Source of the DNA: Torpedo marmorata | Lineage: Eukaryota | NCBI GenBank assembly: GCA_977017645.1 | Contig: OZ360246.1 | Location: 15,624,001-15,688,000 of the forward strand | Length of the DNA: 64,000 nucleotides | Direction: 5' to 3' | In this document: piece after piece, positions 12,891 to 22,645 of the stretch | Layout: the number at the start of each line of letters is the position of its first letter | How positions within the stretch are numbered: position 1 is the first letter of the stretch | Program-made: the position numbers and the translations under genes | Notes under the pieces: model-generated | Seen by the model: only the letters and a program-made list of their open reading frames with translations | What the model was told of the DNA's origin: nothing | The model's database searches: none

Positions 12891-14135
12891 ATATTTAAAA
12901 AAAAATTCTGCTGTGTGTGGAAGAGAACAATGCTACTCCTCCAGATTCCTTGGCCTTGCCGATATCTTTCAGCCACTTTAGTTCTGTTCTGTGATTCTGA
13001 ACAGTTTCCATGGCTTTAGAAAGTCTTTTTATTGTTACGTTGAACTGTGAACAGTTTGCAGAGATTTGTTGGTACCCTGGCAGCACATAAAAATGGTAGA
13101 CTTGTCTTCAATAGCTCTGAATATTCTAGTGTAGATTTTTTTTAAAAAGGGCACAGTGACTGTTAACGCTGGTGACAAGCAGCGATGGAGCTGTCTGGAC
13201 TTGTACACTGGCCAAGTACTGCAGGAGAGTGTCTCACTGCGTTCGCATTGGTAACCAGATATGCCGGACACTTGGAGTTTTATAGTCAAGTATTCTGAAT
13301 AGCATTGAAATATTAGTGGATACATTTAAATATAATACTCAAAGTATTCTTGGTGTTCTGTTACTAGAAATAAACCAGCTCTGCCTCCTTCACTTTCGAT
13401 CTGCATGTCATGTTAGCTAATTAATTATTACATTGTTAGAAAACATCAACGGGTGCTTCTAGAATAGAATCAAAACAGCTACAGCAAATAAATTCATGGG
13501 AGATTTCCTGTATGTGCTTGATAGTTAGCCATTTTTAACTCACCTCTGGTCAATGTTAATTGCGTGGGAAGGAAAGTATAAAAAATGAGCACAGATGAAA
13601 AACCTACTATTTGAGATCTACATTACTGAATGTTACCAATTCCTGGCCACTTTCATTGTTATGGTTAATTTTGTGCCCAGTGATTTCAATAATTGCCTTT
13701 TAAATGAAACATCTGTGGTATTGAAATGATAGAAAATTATAAAGTTCAGTCAGAAATTGGCTGTAGATTTAAGAGCAAAACATGTTAATAACAAAAATGT
13801 TCTGCAATGTTATTAGTTCAATGGGGTAATTTTCTTCTCCTCCCGGTGGACGGCATGTCATTAGGGTTTGGGTTTGTTGATGCTGATCGGCATCCAGCAT
13901 CTCACCCGACTGGCTTCGTTCGAGGATGAACCTTGTCAGTGAATGTTGGCGACATTACAGAGGAGTCCAATCCTGTTGTTAGTTGGTGTCAGATGCAACT
14001 GCCTGAACAGCAATTGGCAGCCCCCTGGTCAGCCAGTTCCTTTTCTCAACCTAAAGCTGCTGATGTAGCTGCTCCACCTAAAATCAGTGGATCAGTATTG
14101 ACCAATGACGTTTCCTTGAATCCTCCTGATGCTCA

Positions 14136-14558
14136 TTGAGGCTCCATGTCGATGCAATCACGAAGAAGGCTCGCCAGGGGCTATACTTTGTGAGGAGTTT
14201 GAGGAGATTCGGTGTGTCACCAAAGACTCTCGAAAACTTCTACTGGTGTACCGTGGAGAGCATTCTGGATGGATGCAGCCTCTATCCTCAAGGGCCATGC
14301 CACCATGCTCTCTTCACTGCTACAATTGAGAAAAGGGTACAGGAGCCTGAAGACGAGCACTCAGCGGCACAAGGACAAATCTGCCATCAGGTTTCTGAAT
14401 GAACAAAGAACCACGAACAGTACCTCACTTTGTCTTTTTCATTTTCTTGCAGTATTTTATTTATTTTGAAATGTGGTTTATAGGAATGTTTGCACTGTGA
14501 TGCTGTCACAAAACAACAAATTTCGTGATATATTCATGACAATAAATTTTGATTCTGA
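14136..14558 (+). mobile_element. Rex1/Babar LINE 3' fragment with internal deletions
   Basis: [24 protein letters not shown]...YWCTVESIL; tail GACAATAAATTTTGATTCTGA. Confidence 0.9.
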
Positions 14559-14629
14559 CCAGAGCTGTGAACTGGCACAATTTCCATTCATTTCAAAATC
14601 AAAATGAAGAGCAAAATTCTTTTGTGCAG

Positions 14630-14661
14630 GATATTGCTCGACGAAATGGAATTGAGTGAAG
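14630..14661 (+). CDS. Candidate 32-nt internal exon of an unidentified host gene (xILLDEMELSE)
   Basis: Acceptor TTCTTTTGTGCAG and strong donor AAG|GTAAGA; only one frame is open; lies in unique sequence. Confidence 0.4.
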
Positions 14662-15035
14662 GTAAGAAAGGAATGGATATTTGTGATGGCTTTGAAATGT
14701 TTATAGGTTGCAGGAGGGAGGGAAACGTTTAATTTTGTCTCGAAAGGAAACGAGCATGAACTCTTTTTATCTTAACATGAAGATATTCCTGCTGAACGTT
14801 TGTTGGGTTTATTTGAGAGATGCTTATGGAATAATTTAATTCCTGTAACTTATTATTAATGCTGCATTAAATGGTCAATCCAAACTCAGATAAAAACCTT
14901 TGACATGATATCATCTCCGCACCCTTGATAACAAGATCCTTATTCTGATTTTTAAGGAATGTAGTTCTTCCTTCATTCTGCAATGTACACGAAGCAAATC
15001 TTCTCTGTTTCAGCTATTTCTCAACTGAGTGCCTT

Positions 15036-15212
15036 CATGTACGTTCTCCCCGTGTCTGCGTGGGTTTTCTCCGGGTGCTCCGGTTTCCTCCCACCGTTCA
15101 AAACGTATCGGGGGTTGTAGGTTAATGGGGTGTAAGTAGGCAGCACGGACTCGTGGGCCGAAATGGCCTGTTACCGGCTGTATGTCTAAATCTAAATTAA
15201 ATTAAATTAAAA
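15036..15212 (+). mobile_element. V-domain SINE, 5'-truncated
   Basis: V-domain plus CR1-like tail and (AAATT)n end. Confidence 0.9.
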
Positions 15213-15227
15213 TACTGTCCCCAAATA

Positions 15228-15455
15228 TGGTTAGCGTAGCAGTTAGTGCCAACGACCCGGGTTCGAATCCAGTGCTACCTGTAATGAGTCTGTACATTCT
15301 CCCCGTGACGTGCGTGGGTTTCCTCTGGGTGCTCCGGATTCCTCCCACCCTTCAAAACGTGCGGGTGTTGTAGGTTAATTGGGGTATTATGGTGGCACGG
15401 GCCAGTGGGGTGGAAGGGCCTGTTACTGGGCTGTATGTCTAAATTTAAAAATTTA
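15228..15455 (+). mobile_element. V-domain SINE, near full length
   Basis: Head GGTTAGCGTAGCAGTTAG...GGGTTCGAATCC, V-domain and tail. Confidence 0.9.
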
Positions 15456-15633
15456 AACAAAAAAAGATCATGTTGGAGGGAGTGATTTAGCCAGTAGAGA
15501 TTCTGCATCCACAGAATAAGATACCAAGAGTTTAACGTATTAAAATTGAGATCAGTGACAATATGACAAGAGCACCAGTCCCAATAAGGAAACACAATGT
15601 GAGATAAGCTGGTGAAATATATGATATCACATT

Positions 15634-16059
15634 TTTTAAAAATTTAGACATACAGCACAGTAACAGGCCATTTCGGCCCACGAGTCCATGCCGCCCAACT
15701 TACACCCAATTAACCTACACCCCCGGTAAAGGTAAAGGTTCCATTATTGTCACGTAATACTACATTTCGAATGTAACATACATGAAATTCTTTAATTTTT
15801 GTCTACCGTAAGGCAGACAAAGGGTCGCTATTTTGTCCAGCGCCCCTCACAGAAATCTACAGCACCTGGTGTTCCGAGGCGGTCTCCCCTCCAAGTACTG
15901 ACCATACGTTTTGAACGGTGGGAGGAAACCGGAGCCCCCGGGGAAAACCCACGAAGACACGGGGAGAACGTACCAACTCCTTACAGACAGTGCAGGATTC
16001 AAACCCCGGTCCCGATCGCTGGCGCTGTAAAGGCGTTGCGATAACCGCTATCCCAACCG
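15634..16059 (-). mobile_element. V-domain SINE interrupted by a 5S-derived SINE
   Basis: The flanks CCTACACCCCCGGTA and TACGTTTTGAACGG rejoin to give the intact SINE sequence seen at 3821-3850. Confidence 0.9.
15725..15904 (-). mobile_element. 5'-truncated 5S rRNA-derived SINE (SINE3-type), nested
   Basis: Reverse complement of about 18785-18965: box C region TGGAGGGGAG, the same non-5S body, (TTTACC)n tail. Confidence 0.9.
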
Positions 16060-17058
16060 TTGTTGAGGGTGTTGCACCGTTGTGCTGCATAATTATGCTC
16101 AGTGCTCTTGCATATGACAGAGCTCATAACAATTTAACCTCAGGCATTATTGCAGGTCCTGATTTTGAGGGCAACCTCTTTGCAACTAGGTGTTACGGTT
16201 ATTTATGGGTTTAAGCTATTCTGAACCATGTAATCTGGCCTGACATGCCAGTGTTGAGCGAGCAATTCACTCTTTGGGGTGTCAGAACTAACCCGTACCT
16301 GGAAAGGCACGTTGAATTCACCGACTGTGACAGGCTTGCTCCTTCAGAATTCTGAAGTGTTGCAGACCCAAAGCATTGTGTTTCTGCTGAATGGGCTTTG
16401 TGTGTTTCACAGGCTCAAAGCCCTCTGCCCCGCTGCTGTAGAGCAGCTGGAGTAAAGCGAGCAGGTCACGGACCCAGGTCATGACGGGATTACGGTGGGG
16501 GGGAGAGGGGTGGGGGGGTTGGAGAGGTCAGGGTTTGGGATCTTGGACTATGTGGAGGGAGGGGGTAAGAGGAAAATGGGACATGCTTGCAGTCAGCTGC
16601 TTTGAGCCAAATGGGATGGTTCAGCTGCTGAAGGGGAGGCCTAAATCACTAGAGGTTGGGGATGTTGGGAGCTGTAATTGTTTTGAGGAATGGGGAGGAA
16701 TGAAGCTGATAGCCGGGGAAAGAATGATCAAGGCACAAGAAGGACACTGCTGGAAGAATCTCTTCAGTTTGGAATCCAGGGCGAAGCAGGTTTTGCATGT
16801 GCTGTGAAGTATTACATCTGCCATTCCTGGAAGTGGGGTCCAGGTGGGGATTGAATGCCATTAGGCACTGCTGCTTGTGTCTGAGAGCCTCCATGTCTCA
16901 GCTGATCGGGGGGGCCTGCAGTTTTGTGGCACAGGTGGTAATGACAAATTTTCTGCAGCGGATACTTTTCAATAAATAATCAGTCCCTTTGTGTCTATAA
17001 ATTGTGTCTATAAATTCCTTTCTAGCCTCAAAATAGTGCAGATGATAGAATCAGGAGA

Positions 17059-17229
17059 AAAACACAACCCGCTGGAGGAACTCAGTGGGTCGAGCAGCAC
17101 CGGTAGGAGATGGTTGACATTCTGGGTCGGAACCAGTCTTGGTGGAGGGTTCTAGTCCGAAACTTTGACGGTGCTTTTTCTCCCGCAGACGCTGCACGAC
17201 CCGCGGAATTCCTCCAGCAGAATGTTTTC
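17059..17229. mobile_element. Degenerate palindromic Penelope-derived element
   Basis: GCTGGAGGAACTCAG...GGAATTCCTCCAGC inverted arms around a decayed GGGTTCTAGTCCGAAAC hammerhead-like core. Confidence 0.7.
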
Positions 17230-17302
17230 TGCAACAGACTTTCATCCATACACCTCTCTTAGACAGGCACATGAATGAAAGAAAAATAGAGGGCTACAAG
17301 CT

Positions 17303-18488
17303 ATGTGGTCTACATGGATTTTAGCAAGGCATTTGACAAGGTCCCCCACGAGACACTCATCCAGAAAGTCATGAGGCACGGGATCAGTGGAACCTTGGCT
17401 GTGTGGATAAAAAATTGGCTTGTTGGAAGAAAGCAGAGCGTAGTAGTGGAAGGAAAGTATTCTGCCTGGAGGTCAGTGACTAGTGGAGTGCCACAAGGAT
17501 CTGTTCTGGGACTCCTCCTCTTTGTGAGTTTTATAAATGACCTGGATGAAGAGGCGGAAGGATGGGTCAGTAAGTTTGTGGATGACACGAAGGTTGGAGG
17601 AGTTGTGGATGGAGCTGAAGGTTGTCGAAGGTTACAAGAGGATATAGACAGGATGCAGAGTTGGGCAGAAAAGTGGCAGATGGATTTCAATCCGGATAAG
17701 TGTGGGGTGATGCATTTTGGAAGGACAAACCAGAAGGCTGAGTACAGGGTTAATGGTCGGTTACTTAAGAGTGTGGATGAACAGAGGGACCTTGTGGTTC
17801 AAATTCATACATCCCTCAAGGTCGCCACACAGGTTGATAGGATAGTTAAGAAGGCCTATGGGATGCTGGGCTTCATTAATAGGGAGATTGAGTTCAGGAG
17901 TAGAGAAGTCATGTTGCAACTACAAATCTCTGGTAAGACCACACTTAGAATATTGTGTTCAGTTCTGGTCACCTCATTATAGGAAGGATGTGGAAGCTAT
18001 GGAGAGGGTGCAGAGGAGATTTACCAGGATGTTGCCTGGATTGGGAAGCAAGTCTTATGAGGCAAGGTTAGCAGAGCTGGGACTTTTCTCTTTGGAGCGT
18101 AGAAGGATGAGAGGAGACTTGATAGAAGTTTACAAGATTATGAGAGGCATAGATAGGGCAGACAGCCAGCACCTGTTTCCCAGGGCAGGATCAGCAAACA
18201 CCAGAGGACATATGTACAAAGTTAAGGGAGGGAAGTTTAGAGGAGACATCAGGGGTAAGTTTTTTACACAGAGAGTTGTGGGTGCCTAGAATGCCTTGCC
18301 AGGGATGGTGGTGGAGGCTGAAACATTAGGGGCATTTAAGAGACTCTTAGACAGACACATGGATGAAAGAAAAATAGAGGGTTATGGGGTAGGGAGGGTT
18401 TAGTACTTTTTTTTGGGAAGGAATATATGGGTCGGCACAACATTGAGGGCTGAAGGGCCTGTACTGTGCTGTATTGTTCTATGTTTTA
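17303..18488 (+). mobile_element. CR1 LINE (HER1-like), 5'-truncated, RT domain to 3' UTR; frameshifted
   Basis: VYMDFSKAFDKVPH...GVPQGSVLG...KFVDDTK; frameshift near 17920; TAG in place of Trp at 18287-18289; tail GGCCTGTACTGTGCTGTATTGTTCTATG. Confidence 0.97.
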
Positions 18489-18567
18489 CGAAGGGTTTCG
18501 TATATTTTTTGCGGGGATATATAGGTCGGCACAACATTGAGGGCTGAAGGGCCTGTACTGTGCTGTA

Positions 18568-18679
18568 TTCTCATACTTTGATGAAGGGCTCAAGCCCGAA
18601 ACGTCGGTTATGTATTTCTACCTTTGCTACATAAAAGACACTGTTTGACCGGCTGAGTTTCTCCAGCATTTGTGTTTTT
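18568..18679 (+). mobile_element. 112-bp Penelope-derived unit with hammerhead motif and 12-bp TSD
   Basis: Flanked by TACTGTGCTGTA at 18556-18567 and 18680-18691; contains TTGATGA-A-GGGC-TCAA-GCCC-GAAAC-GTC. Confidence 0.85.
18572..18612 (+). ncRNA. Putative minimal type I hammerhead ribozyme (PLE-associated)
   Basis: Stem I CAUACU/GGUUAUG with one bulge, core UUGAUGA plus an extra A, stem II GGGC-UCAA-GCCC, GAAA, palindromic ACGU stem III, cleavage triplet GUC ending at 18605. Confidence 0.6.
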
Positions 18680-18715
18680 TACTGTGCTGTAATGTTCTAT
18701 GAAACATTGAAGAAG

Positions 18716-18968
18716 ACCCCCAGCACCAATAGCCTGAATACGACTGGGATTGTCTGATCTCGGAAGCTAAGCAGGCACAGGACTGGTCAGTACTTGGAGG
18801 GGAGACCACCTAGGAACACCAGGTGCTGTGGGTTTCTGTGAGGGGCGCTGGACAAAGTAGCGACTCTCTGTCTGCCTTACGGTAGACAAAAATTAAAGAA
18901 TTTCATGTATGTTACATTCTAAATGTTGTATTACGTGACAATAATGGAACCATTACCTTTTTTACCTT
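18716..18968 (+). mobile_element. Full-length 5S rRNA-derived SINE (SINE3-type)
   Basis: 5S-like head 18716-18835 (GTCTGATCTCGGAAGCTAAGCAGG...AGTACTTGGAGGGGAGACC...GGTGCTGTGGGTTT) with box A and box C; about 130 bp of non-5S body shared with the copy at 15725-15904. Confidence 0.9.
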
Positions 18969-19597
18969 TTCTCCTTGAGTAGAACATTGCTATTCTCTGC
19001 CCAGTCCACCATTTGTCATGGAAACCATCTCACCATTTACCCTTGTGCAGTCTTTCTGAAGTAGCTCCACATCAATTGGCTGCTGTGTTTCACTGTTAGC
19101 TGCAATTAGACAAAAACTTTGGCTTAAAAACACTTTGTGATTCTCCGGTTATAAAACGCACTGAATAAAAGCTGCACATTTATTTCTTCTTTCATATCAG
19201 TTTACCCAAATATGTGACTTGAAATATCACAATAAACTCTCCTTGTGTTGAAGAGTTTTAAAATATTTTAACCAGTTTTTAACAGCATTTATAGTTTTCC
19301 CCGAGGAATTTTATCCTTGTGCACTAGAAGCATTAAAGTTTTCAGGCAGCTTTGACCTGCGACCAGTGTAGCTACAAGAAAATTCAACACAAGGGTATAG
19401 CTGTACTCAATTTGTTTTAAATATTCATGGTTTCTCTGTGGAAAGGGGGAACTGCCTAGAAATTCAATTGCTAAACACTTAGTTTTTCAGCTTTACGCAG
19501 CAGAAAAAGGATTTCCACCCATCCCCAGCCAGGGTGAAAAACGATCAGGACGATTTCCAGGTTGTTTTACTTCACTGGGACATTGGACCAGAAACTT

Positions 19598-19828
19598 GTC
19601 GCGCAGCAGTGCACAAAAGTGCTGGAGAAATTCAGCAGGTCACGCAGCATCCATTGGAAAGCAAAAAGCAGCCGATGTTTCGAACCCGAGCCCTTCTTTG
19701 GGTGTGCTGAAGATTTTCGGCACACCTGAAGAAGGGCTCAGGCCCGAAACGTCGGCCACGTTTTGCTTTCCAATGGATGTTGCGTGACCTGCTGAGTTTC
19801 TCCAGCACTATGGTGTGCTGCACGAGAC
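19598..19828. mobile_element. Palindromic Penelope-derived element with a hammerhead motif on each strand
   Basis: Arms of about 113 bp around a loop at 19712-19715; the right arm has CTGAAGA-A-GGGC-TCAG-GCCC-GAAAC-GTC, and the left arm has a decayed reverse complement. Confidence 0.85.
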
Positions 19829-20466
19829 CACAGCAGCTGCAAATTTACCTAATAGCACAGCACCATCCTTTGTACTTGGATACCCCAACCCCAGCAAGCC
19901 ACTAGCTTCTCGTCAACCATTCCCACCCCTAAAACCCCATTCAACTGATTACCTTCTTAAACCCATCAGGATTAGGAAACTTCCCCACTTCGAAATTCCA
20001 GTCCCTGGCCCCCCTCCGACCTGACCGGCCTCATTTAATGGCCAGTTTGTGCTTGACGCCCATGCAGAGTCTCCACCCAGTGGGCACTGACAGGTGCATC
20101 TCAGCCTTCAGTCAGACTACTCGGCGCTTCAGTACAGTATTAGCAACCTGAAGTTTTTGGCAGAGGGCCAGCAACCATCATTTGTCATTTGGGTGACGAG
20201 AATGTCTAGTTAAGTATCTGATAAGTGATTTTTGTCATGTAGATTTAGCGTATCTTAGGCAGACTTAGTTATAAGCCAGTCATATACTCATCGAAGAGAA
20301 GGAAAAAACAACAATCTTTGCAAGTGGATGGGACTTACGATCATGCACAAATGTTTTGTGTGTTTAGTTTGGCTCTTGCACTCAGAGCTGTGAATTTTGC
20401 ACATTTCTACGCCTTCTTTTCTCCCCTGAACATGCACTATTTTCCCTTTTTTTTGAGTTTGTACAG

Positions 20467-20531
20467 ATCCCCGTGCTCCTGTCACAGGTCCCCCGCACTT
20501 CCATACAATCTCAGTAGACTGTCATACATAA
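20467..20531 (+). CDS. Candidate exon after a long polypyrimidine tract (possible terminal coding segment DPRAPVTGPPHFHTISVDCHT*)
   Basis: TTTTCCCTTTTTTTGAGTTTGTACAG acceptor in unique sequence; reads in phase with the candidate exon 14630-14661; no convincing donor. Confidence 0.25.
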
Positions 20532-21399
20532 TTCATGGCATTTTGCAGCACCATAAGGCTTTTGTATAGGTGACCTCAACGAATGCAAGGGTCTAGTTCC
20601 AGATGGAAACTTGGCCTGATCTTCAATCGCAAGCCTCCCTCCCAATCTGCGCGGTACAGCGAGTGAATACTTTGGAAGCAGGAGAGGAAAGCTGAAGAAA
20701 CGGAATACTACATTAAAGAACTGGCATTCCTTTTGTAGGCACTGAGTGGCTTTATTTAAGAGATCAAACAGCAGTGACCCTCTTCTCACTTTTAAGTTTA
20801 TTAAAATGCTCAAAGTGTGCACAAGTTGGACTGCAGATACTTGCATTATTGATTGTGTCTGCAGTGTCCTCAGATTCATTTTAAAACAAAGAACTTGTTG
20901 AATAGTTATAGCAAAAGGATCAACGTCCACTTTTTGTCTCTCTTCCCACTATTTACCTCTCTGCCTGACTCACTTTCTTTCTCTTTCATACAACCATGTA
21001 ATGTAACTGCAGGGCAACAGCTATAATTTTACGCAACGATGTCGTTGCCGGATTGTGCCTCTCTAATACCTCCTGAGGTGGGTTGTGAGGTGTTCCGTGG
21101 TCTGCTTCTGATGGCCACAATCGCATGTTGAGGCGTTCATAATTTCTGTTGAATCTTATTTGCGACCTCTTGTGAGTTCTGTTCAGTTTCACAAATAGGA
21201 GCCGGATCCGAAAAGTGTAATAAAAATAGGAAGTGCTGGGAATGCTCTGATCTGAAACAGTTGTGCTGTTCCTTTCTCCATTGAGGTTACCTGTCTGCAG
21301 AGCCTCCAGAAGTTTCTATTTATTCTTCATCGTTTTGCGGTTGTCTTCTTTGCAGTCCTGAAATTGTAATTGAGATGCTGACGAGCAGAGCTTACAGTG

Positions 21400-22045
21400 C
21401 CCAAGCCCCAACAGTCCACGGAGGCACACTCGTTGCTCTCGACATGGCCTCATCGACGTCAGCAGGACCAAGTGCAGACAAGGCGACTGATTTACCAAGT
21501 GCCTGCAGTGCCCATCGTGAGCTCCCATTTTAACTCCTCTCCCCATTCCCACACTGACCCGTCAGTCCTTGGCCTTCTCAACGAGGGTGAGGCCGAATAA
21601 AAACCAGAGGAATGGCACGGTATATTCGCCTGGGTAATCCACAACCCAATGGGTTCAACAATTTCAGGTCGCCTCTGTTCTTTCTCTCTCTCGCACGATC
21701 ACCCACCCTCGTCTTCTTCCCAATTCCACTCAACCCCCTATTACTGGGTTTCTCTCCTCTTTCCCCCCCCCCTCCCACTGTTCCCATCTGCCCAATATCT
21801 CTCCCTTACCTGGTTCCACTCATCACCATTTTTTAAATTAGATTCCATACTCTGCAACCCTTTATCATCCCAATTTGTCACCTCCCTGTTTCTATCGCCA
21901 TCTCCACCCTTCTCTCCCTCACCTGACTCACGTCAACCCTGCCTTTCCCAGATCCATTATTGCTTCCTCACACCTCTTTATATAGGCTTCTCCCATTTGC
22001 ACTCAGTCCTCATGTAGGATCTCCACCCGAAACATTGACCATCCC
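21400..22045 (+). mobile_element. Penelope-like element 3' remnant (GIY-YIG C-terminus plus pyrimidine-rich UTR), older copy
   Basis: SHFNSSPHSHTDPSVLGLL and IRLGNPQPNG; ends with decayed hammerhead-like CCCGAAACATTGACC. Confidence 0.75.
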
Positions 22046-22057
22046 CGACCTCCTCCA

Positions 22058-22645
22058 CATCAGAGACTGGGGGATCGCTTCGTTGGGCATCTTCTCTCTG
22101 TCCGCTGCAACAGCAAGGACCTCCCAGTGGCCAGCCACTTCAATTTCACACCCTGCTGCCACAGCGACCTGTTTGTCCATGGCCTCAAGTACTGCCAGGT
22201 TGAGGGCATTCGTGAATTGGAGGAACGACACCTTGTACTCTGTCTTGGCAGTCTCCAACCAGGTGGCATCAATATCGACCTCCAGTTTCCATTAATGCCC
22301 TCCCCACTCTCGCTCTTTCCTTCATCCCTCTGTCTCCCTTTCTCCAGCTCACCACCCTTCTCCTATCAGAGAGCATCTTTTCTGGCCCTCAGCCTTCTCC
22401 CCCTATCACCTTCTTTCTCTTCTCCCCTTCTCCCTCCTGTATCTACCTATCACCTGCTAACCCGTGATCCTCCCCCTTCCCCTCTCCCCCACCTTTTTAA
22501 TCGGGGATCTGCTCGTTTTACGGCACACCCGAGGAAGGGCTCAGGCCCAAAACTCCTACTGTCTGTTGCTTTCCATGGATGCTGCGTGACCTGCTGAGCC
22601 TCCCCAGCACTAGACCCCAGCATCTCCACATTTCTTGTTTACCTC
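22058..22645 (+). mobile_element. Penelope-like element 3' remnant (GIY-YIG C-terminus plus terminal unit)
   Basis: RLGDRFVGHL; ASHFNFTPCCHSDLFVHGLKYCQVEGIRELEERHLVLCLGSLQPGGINID; then CCGAGGAAGGGCTCAGGCCCAAAAC and GCTGCGTGACCTGCTGAG. Confidence 0.85.

Larger units (their letters stand above)
17255..18701 (+). mobile_element. Older CR1 3' UTR fragment split by two later insertions (pieces 17255-17302, 18489-18567, 18692-18701)
   Basis: The pieces join colinearly and match 18343-18483 of the younger CR1 copy. Confidence 0.8.

Noticed and set aside
16495-16570. G-run cluster (possible G-quadruplex)
   Set aside because: Ordinary low-complexity purine tract next to decayed repeat-like sequence.
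17305-18289. Active reverse transcriptase gene
   Set aside because: 5'-truncated, frameshifted and carrying a premature stop; the Rex1 ORFs at 44338-45870 and 56238-57757 are likewise broken.
18716-18835. Functional 5S rRNA gene
   Set aside because: The 5' end is diverged, there is no T4 terminator or tandem array, and the downstream body is shared with a second dispersed copy, so it is a SINE head.
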